Positions 40,381 through 50,777 are shown, counted from the stretch's first letter. The stretch is DNA of 64,000 nt from Promethearchaeota archaeon (GCA_048937405.1 JBHLNF010000003.1:1-64000), one strand, 5' to 3'. Numbers and translations are program-made. Notes: generated by a model from the letters alone, not told the origin.

Positions 40381-40833
40381 ATGACAAAAAAAGTAAAATA
40401 TGCGTATTGTAAAGTTTGTAAACGTGAAGTAGAAAAATCGAGTAGAAAACCATTAGATACCTCTCAAAAAATAAGATGGGTAATCATAACTATTGCCACA
40501 ATTGGAATCGGATTAATAGCATATGTGATATATTTATCTAATCGTCCCAAATCTTATTGCCCTGAATGTTTCACGAAATTGGAATATTCTGATAAACCAT
40601 TTGAAAAGCCAAAAAAGAAAAAAGAGACAATGTCCCCTAGAGAGAAAATACTTGATAAAGCAGGATTATTAGAAGAAACCGAGGAGGAAGAAGAAACTGT
40701 AGAAGAGAAACCAAAACCAAAGAAAAAAGAAAAAGAGAAAAAAAAAGAGAAAAATTATTGTAGCTATTGTGGCGCAGAATTAGAGGAAGATTATGCTACT
40801 TGCCCTTTCTGTCAAGCAACTCTAAAATCTTAA
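40381..40833 (+). CDS. LITAF-like CxxC-hydrophobic-CxxC protein with C-terminal zinc ribbon
   Basis: CKVC..WVIITIATIGIGLIAYVIYL..YCPEC, charged linker, CSYC..CPFC. ATG at 40381 preferred over TTG at 40366. Confidence 0.6.
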   Translation: MTKKVKYAYCKVCKREVEKSSRKPLDTSQKIRWVIITIATIGIGLIAYVIYLSNRPKSYCPECFTKLEYSDKPFEKPKKKKETMSPREKILDKAGLLEETEEEEETVEEKPKPKKKEKEKKKEKNYCSYCGAELEEDYATCPFCQATLKS

Positions 40834-40981
40834 TTTTCTGATAAAATTTAAAAAAAAAAAATCATATTCTTATCAATTAATTAACTAATAAAAATAAATA
40901 ATAGTAAAACTAATTATTAAAATATAGAATTTTGAAAATCTAATCAAAATTTAATTTAAAATATAAAAAGATGGATTAATT

Positions 40982-41761
40982 ATGCCACGCGCAGGAAGAA
41001 CAGCACCAGCAAGAGAGTTTCATCCCCTTGATGTATACAGTGCATGGGATCTTCGCTATGCTAAAACTATTTATTATGGATTTATACTTGCCACTGTGGT
41101 TGTTGTATTAGGAGTATGGGGAGTAATTCTTGGTTTATTGTTCGCTGGGGGTGCCTGGGAGGCTTTTTTGGAACTTGATCTTGGATTTCAAGTAGGTATT
41201 ATTGCAGGTGCAATCACAGGACATCTATTTTTACTAGTCCTTTTTTATACTCTCTTCCGTGGAGGAATGGTACGACTATGTCAGATATTATTTAAGGATC
41301 GCCTTGTAGCAAGTAAATGGGAGGACTTTTACGGACTTCGAATGCTTATTGGTGTAGCTCTCTTAGGACTTTACGTAACATTAATCAGTATAATCATTGG
41401 ATTGCTCCCAGCTACATTTTCTGATGTTGTAAAAAAAATTTGGGACTGGCAAGTTGAAACATTTGCTAAATATCCAGGATTATGGATTATGTGGGTTGGA
41501 TTACTTATTTTTCTTTTCGTTGCTGTAATTTTTATTGGGATCATGCTTTGGAATAAGGGGGTATTCTGGGTATTGCGCCACGTCAAAGAAATTGAAGAAG
41601 AGATTGAAATTGAAGAGACTATTAAGAAAGAAGCTATTAAGAATTCTGATGAAAGAACTCTCAGGGATATTTATAAAAAAGAAACTGGACAAAAAGCTAT
41701 ACACCGAGGACGAGAAACTCGTGGATATAAGGAGTGGAAGGATAAACTAGGAATAAAATAA
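40982..41761 (+). CDS. Hypothetical four-TM membrane protein
   Basis: Four hydrophobic helices and a charged C-terminal tail. Confidence 0.75.
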   Translation: MPRAGRTAPAREFHPLDVYSAWDLRYAKTIYYGFILATVVVVLGVWGVILGLLFAGGAWEAFLELDLGFQVGIIAGAITGHLFLLVLFYTLFRGGMVRLCQILFKDRLVASKWEDFYGLRMLIGVALLGLYVTLISIIIGLLPATFSDVVKKIWDWQVETFAKYPGLWIMWVGLLIFLFVAVIFIGIMLWNKGVFWVLRHVKEIEEEIEIEETIKKEAIKNSDERTLRDIYKKETGQKAIHRGRETRGYKEWKDKLGIK

Positions 41762-41807
41762 TCAAACTTTAAAAAATAAAAAAGTAATTTATAATTTTTT
41801 TTATATC

Positions 41808-42746
41808 TTATCTTCTCATCATACGTGGATTTCTAAACAAATCTAACTCTTGTTTTGGCATTTTATAATCTGTTGTTGCTGACTTTTTCATCTGCTTATA
41901 ATATTTCTTTACTAATTTTTCAGCTTCTCTCATGAAATTGCAGATACATCCAAATAATATCATATAAAGCACAAAACTTTTATCTTTAGCGTATTCTTCA
42001 TAGAAAATCTGAATTTCAAAATTCTTTTGCACTCTTTGACCATCTACTCGTGCCACCTTTTGATCTCCTATATACAACCAATAATTTCTTCCAGGACCTA
42101 TTACCCCTCTAGCTGTAACTATCTGTAATTTATCATCCTTTTGTTCTGGGAGAAGCGGGAAAGTCCAACGAGTTCCCAATAATCTCCAACCTCTTACTAC
42201 CCGCGCTAAATGAACCATTCTTGGATTCTGCATGAAAAATACAGGAGCAGGATGTTTTATTTCATAACTTTGAACCAAGGAATGAGCAATACTTAATTCA
42301 AAACCACCCTTGAAATTACCTCCTTTAGGTTGGGCATCCATTGATTCTTCCATTATAGTAAAAATTCGACATGTTAATTTCTTCTCTTCTAATGGTTTTT
42401 CTTCCCATTGGTCTTTAGTAAATGCTATGATATATTTTTTCTCTCCATCTTCTTCAATTACACCTTCAATATCAAAATACTTACTGAACCAACGTGTTTT
42501 TGCTTGATATTTGAGCTGTTGGTGAACTCCCAACTCTTCATCATGTAATCGAGTTCTCCAAAAATTAACTTTTAGCTTCTTATAAACTGCTTTTTTTGGT
42601 GGAACTGGCGTCTCTGGAGCAACTGGTTCTTTGGATGGCTTAGAAACTTTCTTTTTTGCTGGTTTTGCTCTTGATGTCGTTCTAGGTTTTTTTGCCGCCT
42701 TCTCAGCAGTTTTCTCGATTTCTTCAACTGGATCCTCTTCTGACAT
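41808..42746 (-). CDS. Tubby C-terminal/LURP-one/scramblase-like protein
   Basis: Disordered N-terminus; beta-rich body ending GRNYWLYIGDQKVARVDG..NFEIQI; hydrophobic helix FVLYMILFGCICNF. Confidence 0.5.
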   Translation of the reverse strand: MSEEDPVEEIEKTAEKAAKKPRTTSRAKPAKKKVSKPSKEPVAPETPVPPKKAVYKKLKVNFWRTRLHDEELGVHQQLKYQAKTRWFSKYFDIEGVIEEDGEKKYIIAFTKDQWEEKPLEEKKLTCRIFTIMEESMDAQPKGGNFKGGFELSIAHSLVQSYEIKHPAPVFFMQNPRMVHLARVVRGWRLLGTRWTFPLLPEQKDDKLQIVTARGVIGPGRNYWLYIGDQKVARVDGQRVQKNFEIQIFYEEYAKDKSFVLYMILFGCICNFMREAEKLVKKYYKQMKKSATTDYKMPKQELDLFRNPRMMRR

Positions 42747-42954
42747 TTAAAAAATCACATCTGTAAATTATTTTTTAAAATATTTATTTGTTAAATTTAT
42801 TTTCATTTGGATTATTAATATTTTTTATCGTTAAACTATTTTTATAACATCATATAAAATTTTTTATTTAAAAGATTTTTGAGAATTGATTAGAATATTC
42901 AACAATTTAAAAATGAGTAATTTAATAAAAATATTATAGAATAAGCTATTGATA

Positions 42955-45900
42955 CTAAAAACGAATTTCACATCTGTCAGAATCACAAAATTTCTCACCT
43001 ATCGCTCTATCTTTTGTTTCGTCTAAGTTGAATGGCCTAAGATTACTGATTATTTCTTCATATTGTTCCTTAGTAATTTCTTCATAAGGTGCTTGTTTAT
43101 ATCCGTGTTCCTTTATAGGTAAAAAACTTACACTCTTTAGTTTATCTTCATAACATTCAAGAACATGTTTGATTTGGTCTGCTTCTTCTTCTTTAAACGT
43201 AATCGTTATCGAGACTTGATTATCTGACCAATATCGTTGGTATGCAGCGGCATTTTCTGCTTGTTCCCAAATAGATACTTCATTTTTAGAACGCTCAAAA
43301 TATTTTTCATGGATAGGAAATTCTGCTACAACTGTATTAGGCGAATATAGATCATCCTCGATTTTGTATCCAGCATTTTTAATATGCTTAATTAGATCAG
43401 AATTTTTGGAAAGGCGAATTCTCCTAATATAATATTCTGAATGTGGATAGTGAATTCCTGGTGGTACACCTGGGAGTAAACTCACCGTACCACTTGGTTT
43501 TACTGTTGATATCTTTATTGAACGTGGTATACAAAGCCAACCGGAATATTGTTCATCTAACTCTTGTAAATAGTTATAACCTCGACTACACCACTCTAAC
43601 ATTTTTTTTCTTCCATGTCTTACAAAAGCTTCTATTATTCCTGTTTGTGAAATACCCATTCGTCTATTTTTTAACATAACAGCATTTGTTTCTTGCCAAT
43701 GAGTATTTACAAGGGTGACCGATTTCGAATATAAATACGCATATTTTAAGGTTTCTTGGAATTCCTCATATGATTCATGTCTGGATGGAAAAGTCTCCAC
43801 AAGACAGCAAAGTTCAAATGATTCTAATGTCTGTTCGCCACAATTCGCTGTAAAAATCATTTCTAATTTTGGTCTTCCTGTATTTGTTCTTTTTTCATTA
43901 AGAACGATACCATAATTATGAAATTCATCAACAGTACCATTATATACATCTTTATTTCCAATATATACAACTGAAACAACTTTATGATTACTACATAATC
44001 CCTTAGATATTAATTGAGTAGCCATTTCTTTACGATATGATTCTTTATTTAGAGATCGTACCGAAATCTTATTACTTAAATACCTCTGAGTAATTATATC
44101 AAGAATATATTGATAACCTTTGTAAATTCCTGCAGTTCTAAAATCATTAATATTACTCTCCTTTAGAATTGATAAAAACTTGGACAATGTAGGTACTTCA
44201 TAATTATCACATACATATTCTTCAAATATTTCAAAAAGTCTTTTTCTTGCGATTTCTCTTTGATTTTTTCCTTTTTCCTTCATTGCTGCTCCTGCTTTTA
44301 AAGCGGAAATTTTATTTGAGCAATTATGAGAACAGTATGATCTTTCTCTATCTCCATATTTTACATGAAATTCAGAATTGCATAACTCACAGCGTTTCAC
44401 AAGCCAAATACCTTTGTTAAAAATTACTTCATATTCACTTGTTTCTAATAATTTAATATATCTTTTATACTCCCTCATCATTGCAGGATTTTTTAAGTGC
44501 TCAAAACCAGATTCAATATTAGCCTTTTTAATTAAATTTACTAATTTTCCTCTAAATTCATTGAAGTTATGAATATATCCATATTTTCTTGAATGATCAA
44601 CCCAAGAAGTAGTAGTTAGAGGAATCCCTGTTTTTTTTATTATTGAAAGCATTTCTTGATACAAATGTTGATTAGTAAAACCAGAATAACGGGGATTACT
44701 TTCTTTTGCGGTTGCTTTAGACATTCTTTTATGATATCTTTGCTTTTCCTCTTTACTAGCATGAGGATACCAATATCGCATAGGATTATTATCTCCTGAA
44801 ATATCATGAAGAGAATCATGTTCATCTTTCAATAGAAGTTCTAAGTTAGAGATATTATTATTAAGACTGTTCCGATCTTTGTGATGAATAATATATCCTG
44901 GTTTAATTTTCGTTTTATTTAATTTTTCATAGATCAGTGTATGTTCAAAGATATTCTTTTTTCCATTATTTACTAACCAATATGTTGATTTTTTCTTTTT
45001 ATCTTCATCCATTATTTCTGACCAAGTGGTTTGCCACTTAGGAGTTATAAGTAAACTATCGTTAGGTTTTAAATTAATGGCAGATTTTTGAGAGCCATCT
45101 TTCATTAGAAACTTATGATTTCCTGTGCATTTGACACTACTACCATCATCAAGGGTTACTTCATATATTTTTTCATTAAATCCTGTAATTCGGGGATTTC
45201 TCATTATTCTAATAGTTGTAATCCCTTCATTATTTTTACAATATACAGGTATATCACTTCCTTCTTCAGCTAATTTTTTTATTGGCACAGCACTCCTAAC
45301 ATCAGCAACAGCTATTAATGTATCACCTGTAATACAAGGATTGACCCCTGCTGCTTTCTTGTCCTTAAAGTCTGGTGCATCTCCCATCCTTGAATATGCT
45401 CTAGCATTTTCCAACCAAAATACTCCTGGTTCCCCATTAACTGCAATTTGATTTGCGATAAATGAATAATCCAAACCTCTAACTGCAAAAACAGAATTAT
45501 TGCTTGCCCATCTATGAGAGTATAATGCCTCCTCATCTTGTTTACATAATACAAAATCCATATCTGTAGGATCACCTAATGCAATTTCAGCACTTCTCCG
45601 AACATTTCCAGCTACGACGCATTTGCCTATATAATTCATGATGTCGACGATATCAACAGAAGTAATGGTTTGACCTATGTGTGCTTTTAAAATATTTTGA
45701 ATATCTTCCAACATACCTTTTAAAGGTTGAGGTCCAGAAGCAACTCCCCCAAATCCCCTTATAGGTTTTCCAGATGGTCTGATTAGACTGAAATCGTATT
45801 GGGGAACCTGCTTTCCTAGGAAATAGGCTTCCAATATTAATTTCAATGATTCAACCCATCCTTCTCTACTATCTGGAATTTGAAAGTCAAAATGACCTTC

Positions 45901-46695
45901 TTTAGGTTGCTTTATCATTATTTTTCCAGCCCCTTTTGTATCAAATCCTACACCAACTCCAAGCATAAGGGCATCCATGACGAATTCAAACGCCTTAGAA
46001 TACTTTAGATTAATGTCTTCGGTAGATGCGAATCCACAGTTATTTAATGACATTGAGCCATGGCGTGCGATGAATTCTGTGCCCATCATCCACAATCCTC
46101 GACCTGGAGGAAGAAATTTAAAATTCCAAATTTTATTAAACATTGTTTGGGCAGATTTTTGAGCCTTTTCATCACTCCAAGGCAAACTTAATTTAATGCA
46201 ATGCTCTTTTTGAACAGAATAACATCCTTCAATTACTCTTTTAATAGTTTCCCAAAATTCTTCTTTTCTATTTTCTTTTTCAATAATTCTTGCATATGTT
46301 CGCTTATAGGTAATATATCCTAATGGTCCCCAATCAGGTTGTTTACCCTTAAAATTATTTAGAAAATCTTCATCTAAGCTAAATGAGATATTTTCCAAGT
46401 TAATTGCTCTTGCAAAGAGATTTCTATATTTATTTAGCCCTCTTTGAGTTAACTCAACACAAACTAATTCTCTTATATAGTTAGTAGTAATCTCGTCCAT
46501 TCCAAGACCTATAATTTTTCGAATGACATCTTCAGCGACTTTTTCAGATATATGCATATCCAGCCCCGTTTCTTTGTTTAAAATCTTAGCAATGTTATTT
46601 TCATCAAATTTTTGCTTTTCTCCTTTAGAATTGATTACATACTTAGGGTACAAATCTATTAACGAAAACGAGTTATTGGGCATGTTAATCATCAA
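42955..46695 (-). CDS. nrdJ: Class II (adenosylcobalamin-dependent) ribonucleotide reductase with N-terminal ATP cone and one intein
   Basis: ATP cone (VINSKGEKQKFDENNI), KRTYAR, PPGRGLW, SLNNC, VVAGNVRRSA, NP|CGEQ split by the intein, TVKPSGTVS, C-terminal FCDSDRC. Confidence 0.93.
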   Translation of the reverse strand: MMINMPNNSFSLIDLYPKYVINSKGEKQKFDENNIAKILNKETGLDMHISEKVAEDVIRKIIGLGMDEITTNYIRELVCVELTQRGLNKYRNLFARAINLENISFSLDEDFLNNFKGKQPDWGPLGYITYKRTYARIIEKENRKEEFWETIKRVIEGCYSVQKEHCIKLSLPWSDEKAQKSAQTMFNKIWNFKFLPPGRGLWMMGTEFIARHGSMSLNNCGFASTEDINLKYSKAFEFVMDALMLGVGVGFDTKGAGKIMIKQPKEGHFDFQIPDSREGWVESLKLILEAYFLGKQVPQYDFSLIRPSGKPIRGFGGVASGPQPLKGMLEDIQNILKAHIGQTITSVDIVDIMNYIGKCVVAGNVRRSAEIALGDPTDMDFVLCKQDEEALYSHRWASNNSVFAVRGLDYSFIANQIAVNGEPGVFWLENARAYSRMGDAPDFKDKKAAGVNPCITGDTLIAVADVRSAVPIKKLAEEGSDIPVYCKNNEGITTIRIMRNPRITGFNEKIYEVTLDDGSSVKCTGNHKFLMKDGSQKSAINLKPNDSLLITPKWQTTWSEIMDEDKKKKSTYWLVNNGKKNIFEHTLIYEKLNKTKIKPGYIIHHKDRNSLNNNISNLELLLKDEHDSLHDISGDNNPMRYWYPHASKEEKQRYHKRMSKATAKESNPRYSGFTNQHLYQEMLSIIKKTGIPLTTTSWVDHSRKYGYIHNFNEFRGKLVNLIKKANIESGFEHLKNPAMMREYKRYIKLLETSEYEVIFNKGIWLVKRCELCNSEFHVKYGDRERSYCSHNCSNKISALKAGAAMKEKGKNQREIARKRLFEIFEEYVCDNYEVPTLSKFLSILKESNINDFRTAGIYKGYQYILDIITQRYLSNKISVRSLNKESYRKEMATQLISKGLCSNHKVVSVVYIGNKDVYNGTVDEFHNYGIVLNEKRTNTGRPKLEMIFTANCGEQTLESFELCCLVETFPSRHESYEEFQETLKYAYLYSKSVTLVNTHWQETNAVMLKNRRMGISQTGIIEAFVRHGRKKMLEWCSRGYNYLQELDEQYSGWLCIPRSIKISTVKPSGTVSLLPGVPPGIHYPHSEYYIRRIRLSKNSDLIKHIKNAGYKIEDDLYSPNTVVAEFPIHEKYFERSKNEVSIWEQAENAAAYQRYWSDNQVSITITFKEEEADQIKHVLECYEDKLKSVSFLPIKEHGYKQAPYEEITKEQYEEIISNLRPFNLDETKDRAIGEKFCDSDRCEIRF
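43843..45336 (-). mobile_element. Intein (498 aa) with HNH-type homing endonuclease region
   Basis: Starts CITGDT after GVNP. Block B CTGNHKF; HNH motif IHHKDRNSLNNNISNL; block F DVYNGTVDEFHNY. Ends IFTAN before extein CGEQ. Confidence 0.92.
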
Positions 46696-47326
46696 TATTT
46701 TTATTAAGTATTATTATTGTAATTTTATCGTCTAAATTAATTATTAACTATTTTATAAAGCCTTAACCGTCCTATAAACTTATGATTTCTTTTAATTTAA
46801 AATTAATGTTTACTTTATATTAAGCTATTGATTAAGCTCTTTAATTATTACTTATTTATGTTTTGATAAATCTATGGTACATACATAGATTTGTAAATAT
46901 ATTTGTATTGGTTTTGTTTAATAAACTATTTGTTAATATTTTGTCGAATTAATGTCGATATTTATTCAATATTTAAAATAATCATTAATATTTAAAGAAA
47001 AATTCATATAAAGATTAGTAATTTTTGTATTATTAATTGTTGAACCAATATTCATTATAAATATAATAATCAATATTCAAATAATAGTCAATTAGACCCT
47101 CATCATGAAAATGATGATGGATATACAAAATATTAAAAAAAAGTACCCAGCTTTCTTTTGGTGGTAAAAAAAAAGAATAAATTAAAACTTAGAGTATTAT
47201 TATTGATTTTTTTTTGCTTTTCCTACAATTCTCAATCTGAAAATTTTTAAATATTCAAAAGTATATAATCAAGAAACATATAAAATCGCGAAAGATAATG
47301 AAATAATTGACATTTGTGAGAAAAAA

Positions 47327-48250
47327 ATGGTACAATCCAATTCAGATCATAAAGAAATTCCTGAAGCAAATGTTATTAAAGAAGAAATTAAATTAAAATT
47401 ACATTTTTGGTTACCTGCGTTCTTCTTTATCTATTTTTGCTCATTTTTAATACCAGGTATAATTTTCATGCTCTATATAATGTTATTTTATTTACCATAT
47501 TTCTTAACAGAAACAGAATTTATTTCTCTTTTTACAAATTTTCCTTCTCTAATTGCCATAATAACAATTCCGTTTGTTATTATAATTAGCTATTTAATCC
47601 ATTTATTTATCGTAGCTATAATAACTCGATGGTTTTGGAGTTTTTCAGAAAAAAGATCACCGACTAAATCAGGAGTGATTCCTAGAAATATCCCAAGTAA
47701 AACTTTAAATTACTATCATTTTCGTAGTTTTATAATAAAATATCCAAAGAATGCATTTTCACGAGGTCCTTTTCCATGGTTATTAAAATGGATGTATAAC
47801 TTTACTAAGACAAACGTAATAGGAAAGGGATCTGTTATAGAGGAACAGCTTGCTGGAGATAGATTTGTAGAAATTGGGGAAAATTGTTACATTGGTACAA
47901 ATGCTGGTGTGAGTTCTCATACTGTTGAAGGTATTTTTGGTAATGTTTCATTTGCAAAAGTAAAAATGAGAAATAATTTCACTACTGCTGGTTTTAATTG
48001 TGTAGCTCCGGGGGTGGATACAGGCGATAATTCATGCTGGTTACCGATGACAGGAGCGACGAAATATAATATCTTGAAAGGAAATGGAGTCTATTTTGGA
48101 GTACCACTTAGGAGAATTTTTAAAAAAAAGATTATGGAGTACCTTCAAGTTACTGAGGATGATTTAAAAAGAGCAGAAAATCTAACTCAAAAGTTAAATT
48201 TATCACAAATTAAGAAAAAGAAAAAAAGAGAGAATATATTAAATGAGTGA
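47327..48250 (+). CDS. 2-TM + left-handed beta-helix protein, Pls/PosA C-domain-like unit A
   Basis: Two TMs, GVIPRN..NYYH.RS, hexapeptide repeats (IGKGSVI, IGENCYIG), SHTVEG, YFGVP. Confidence 0.7.
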   Translation: MVQSNSDHKEIPEANVIKEEIKLKLHFWLPAFFFIYFCSFLIPGIIFMLYIMLFYLPYFLTETEFISLFTNFPSLIAIITIPFVIIISYLIHLFIVAIITRWFWSFSEKRSPTKSGVIPRNIPSKTLNYYHFRSFIIKYPKNAFSRGPFPWLLKWMYNFTKTNVIGKGSVIEEQLAGDRFVEIGENCYIGTNAGVSSHTVEGIFGNVSFAKVKMRNNFTTAGFNCVAPGVDTGDNSCWLPMTGATKYNILKGNGVYFGVPLRRIFKKKIMEYLQVTEDDLKRAENLTQKLNLSQIKKKKKRENILNE

Positions 48251-49133
48251 AATTTTAGAAACGAATGAGACTGATAAGAATAAAATAGATTATACTGTTG
48301 ATTTTGTTACAAGTAGTGCTATCAGTCGAATTGGTATTAAATTTCTCGCTTTCTATATCCCTATCCTTTGGATGTCTGGATACATGGCGATTGCTGTGTT
48401 TTTTGACTTATCACGATATATTCCATGGTATATAAATTTGTTTTTACTACCTGTATGGTTATTCATTTTATACTTCATTTTTATATTTGGTATTGCGATC
48501 TTCACAAAAGCATTCATTCTTATAATCAATATGATTCATGAACCAAAAGAGGGTATTTTCAGAGCTGAAGAAGGTGACCAAGATTATGAATTTTGGAGAT
48601 TAAGAGTTGAACTTAAAAAATTAGTATTATGGTTTATGAGTAGAGGTCCTATTCCTTGGGTAGTAATGTGGGGATTTCGATGGCTAGGTGTCAGAATGGA
48701 CTTTTCAAGTCATGCTCAGGATGGTTGGGTTGATGGAGAATTTATTGAATTTGGAAGAAATGTTACTGTTGGTCAAGGAACCTGTGTAATGAGTTCAATG
48801 GTTGTAGGAAACTATTTGATAATCAAAAAAGTCATTTTGGGAGATCACACAGTGGTTGGAGGAATGTCAAATATATCTCCCGGTACTATAATGAGAAAAG
48901 AATCTGTTCTTGGTGGTTTTACTACTACCGTTCTTAACCAAATGATAGAACAATCATGGATTTATCTGGGGCAACCTATAGCAAGAAAATTAAAACCAAA
49001 TAAATATGCCGAACAAAGACGAGATATAATAATTAAAAAACAAGTTGATGAAGAAATAAAATACGAAGTTAAACAAGAAGTTAATATTGATGAAGATAAG
49101 AAAAAGTATTTGAATAATAATAGGGTGAATTAA
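48243..49133 (+). CDS. 2-TM + left-handed beta-helix protein, Pls/PosA C-domain-like unit B
   Basis: DFVTSSAISR, two TMs, PKEGIF..DYEFW, EFIEFGRNVTVGQG, WIYLGQP. Overlaps unit A. Confidence 0.7.
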   Translation: MSEILETNETDKNKIDYTVDFVTSSAISRIGIKFLAFYIPILWMSGYMAIAVFFDLSRYIPWYINLFLLPVWLFILYFIFIFGIAIFTKAFILIINMIHEPKEGIFRAEEGDQDYEFWRLRVELKKLVLWFMSRGPIPWVVMWGFRWLGVRMDFSSHAQDGWVDGEFIEFGRNVTVGQGTCVMSSMVVGNYLIIKKVILGDHTVVGGMSNISPGTIMRKESVLGGFTTTVLNQMIEQSWIYLGQPIARKLKPNKYAEQRRDIIIKKQVDEEIKYEVKQEVNIDEDKKKYLNNNRVN

Positions 49134-49137
49134 ATAA

Positions 49138-49986
49138 ATGTCTGTACCATCTAGTTTAAACGTTGGACCAAATACTACTCTTATACTAGTAAAGAAGAGA
49201 TACTTAATTTTTTATATATTTTTAATTTGGATAAGTATTTTTTCAATTCAATTTGAATTATGGTTGTTATGGAGACTTTATGAACCAAAATTTATTCATT
49301 TCATATTTTTCTTTCCACCTCTAATATTTATAATGTATTTAACATCTGTATTCGTTTCTTTGTTTTTTGCTAAACTTCTACTAATAATTATTAATTTAAT
49401 TCATAAACCCAAAGAAGGTGTCTTTCTTAGGCATCATTCTGATAAGGATTATAGATATTGGAGTTTGAGAAGTACAATAAAAAAGTGGCCATTATGGTTA
49501 TCTCATAAATTTCCCTTTCCATTTTTAGATAATATTTGTTTAAAAGTTTTTGGAGTTAAAACAAAATACTCAAATTCTCTTTTTGAAGGATTCATAGATA
49601 CTGAATTTATAGATTTTGGCAAGCACGTGATAGTAGGCCAAAGTGCTATAATCCAATCTGCACTTATAGTCGGAAATTTATTTATTTTAAGAAAAACAGT
49701 TATAGAAGACAATGCAGTAATTGGAGCTCATAGTGTTGTTATGCCAGGAACTCATATGAAAAAAAACTCTATTTTAGCAGGAAGTTCAATGACAACTGTT
49801 GGACAAAAATTAGAGGAGAATTGGATTTATTTGGGTGGACCTGCAAAAAAATATAAAAAAAATGTATTTTTAGAAGATGATTTAGAGGAAGTAATTAAAA
49901 AACAAATCGATGAAAAAATAAGATTGGATATAAAATCTGAAGGATTATATACACTAAGGAAAGATAAACAAGTAAAAATTGAATAA
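49138..49986 (+). CDS. 2-TM + left-handed beta-helix protein, Pls/PosA C-domain-like unit C
   Basis: Two TMs, PKEGVF..DYRYW, DTEFIDFGKHVIVGQ, IGAHSVVMPG, WIYLGGPAK. Confidence 0.7.
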   Translation: MSVPSSLNVGPNTTLILVKKRYLIFYIFLIWISIFSIQFELWLLWRLYEPKFIHFIFFFPPLIFIMYLTSVFVSLFFAKLLLIIINLIHKPKEGVFLRHHSDKDYRYWSLRSTIKKWPLWLSHKFPFPFLDNICLKVFGVKTKYSNSLFEGFIDTEFIDFGKHVIVGQSAIIQSALIVGNLFILRKTVIEDNAVIGAHSVVMPGTHMKKNSILAGSSMTTVGQKLEENWIYLGGPAKKYKKNVFLEDDLEEVIKKQIDEKIRLDIKSEGLYTLRKDKQVKIE

Positions 49987-49988
49987 TT

Positions 49989-50777
49989 ATGAAAATTGGC
50001 TATATTCAGACATCTCCTATTTTTGGGGATAAAGAAAGGAACATTAAACAAGTAGAACAATTAATATCTGAAACAACTGCTGATTTACTTGTATTACCAG
50101 AACTATTTGCAACTGGTTATGCCTTTACATCAAGAAATGAAGCATTATCATTAGCGGAAGATGAGAAGGGTAGAACTGCTAAATTTTTAATGAAATTAGC
50201 TAAAGACACGAAAGCAACCGTAGTTGGTGGTTATATAGAAAAATCAGGAGAAAAAATATATAATGCTGCTATGATTGTCTCAAGCAAAGAAGTGATAGGA
50301 ACATATCGTAAAATTCATTTATATTATAAGGAGAAACTATGGTTTTCTCCTGGAGATAAATCATTTCAAATATTTCGAATCAATGGGATTAATATTGGGA
50401 TAATGATTTGTTTTGATTGGATTTTCCCAGAAACTGTACGGTCTCTTGCTCTTTTAGGCGCAGAAATTATTGCCCACCCCGCAAATTTAGTACTTCCATA
50501 CTGTCAAAATGCTATGGTAACAAGATGTTTAGAAAATAGAGTATACGCTATAACTTCAAATAGGATAGGACGTGAAAAGCGAGGTTCAGATGATTTTAAA
50601 TTTACTGGACGAAGCCAAATAACTTCATATAATGGCGAAATTTTATCTTCAGGCCCAAAAGAGAAAAAATTTATACATGTTGTTGATATTGATATTGATA
50701 AAGCAAAAAATAAAAATCTCAATGATTTTAATAATTTATTTGAAGATAGACGTCCTAATTTTTATTTAAATATCTAA
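49989..50777 (+). CDS. Nitrilase/carbon-nitrogen hydrolase family protein
   Basis: Glu-Lys-Cys triad motifs LPELF, YRKIHL, ICFDW. Starts 2 nt after unit C. Confidence 0.93.
   Translation: MKIGYIQTSPIFGDKERNIKQVEQLISETTADLLVLPELFATGYAFTSRNEALSLAEDEKGRTAKFLMKLAKDTKATVVGGYIEKSGEKIYNAAMIVSSKEVIGTYRKIHLYYKEKLWFSPGDKSFQIFRINGINIGIMICFDWIFPETVRSLALLGAEIIAHPANLVLPYCQNAMVTRCLENRVYAITSNRIGREKRGSDDFKFTGRSQITSYNGEILSSGPKEKKFIHVVDIDIDKAKNKNLNDFNNLFEDRRPNFYLNI

Noticed and set aside
47145-47165. Partial match to the Gateway attB2 sequence (ACCCAGCTTTCTT..GTGGT)
   Set aside because: The core GTACAAA is missing and no vector sequence is adjacent; treated as coincidence.
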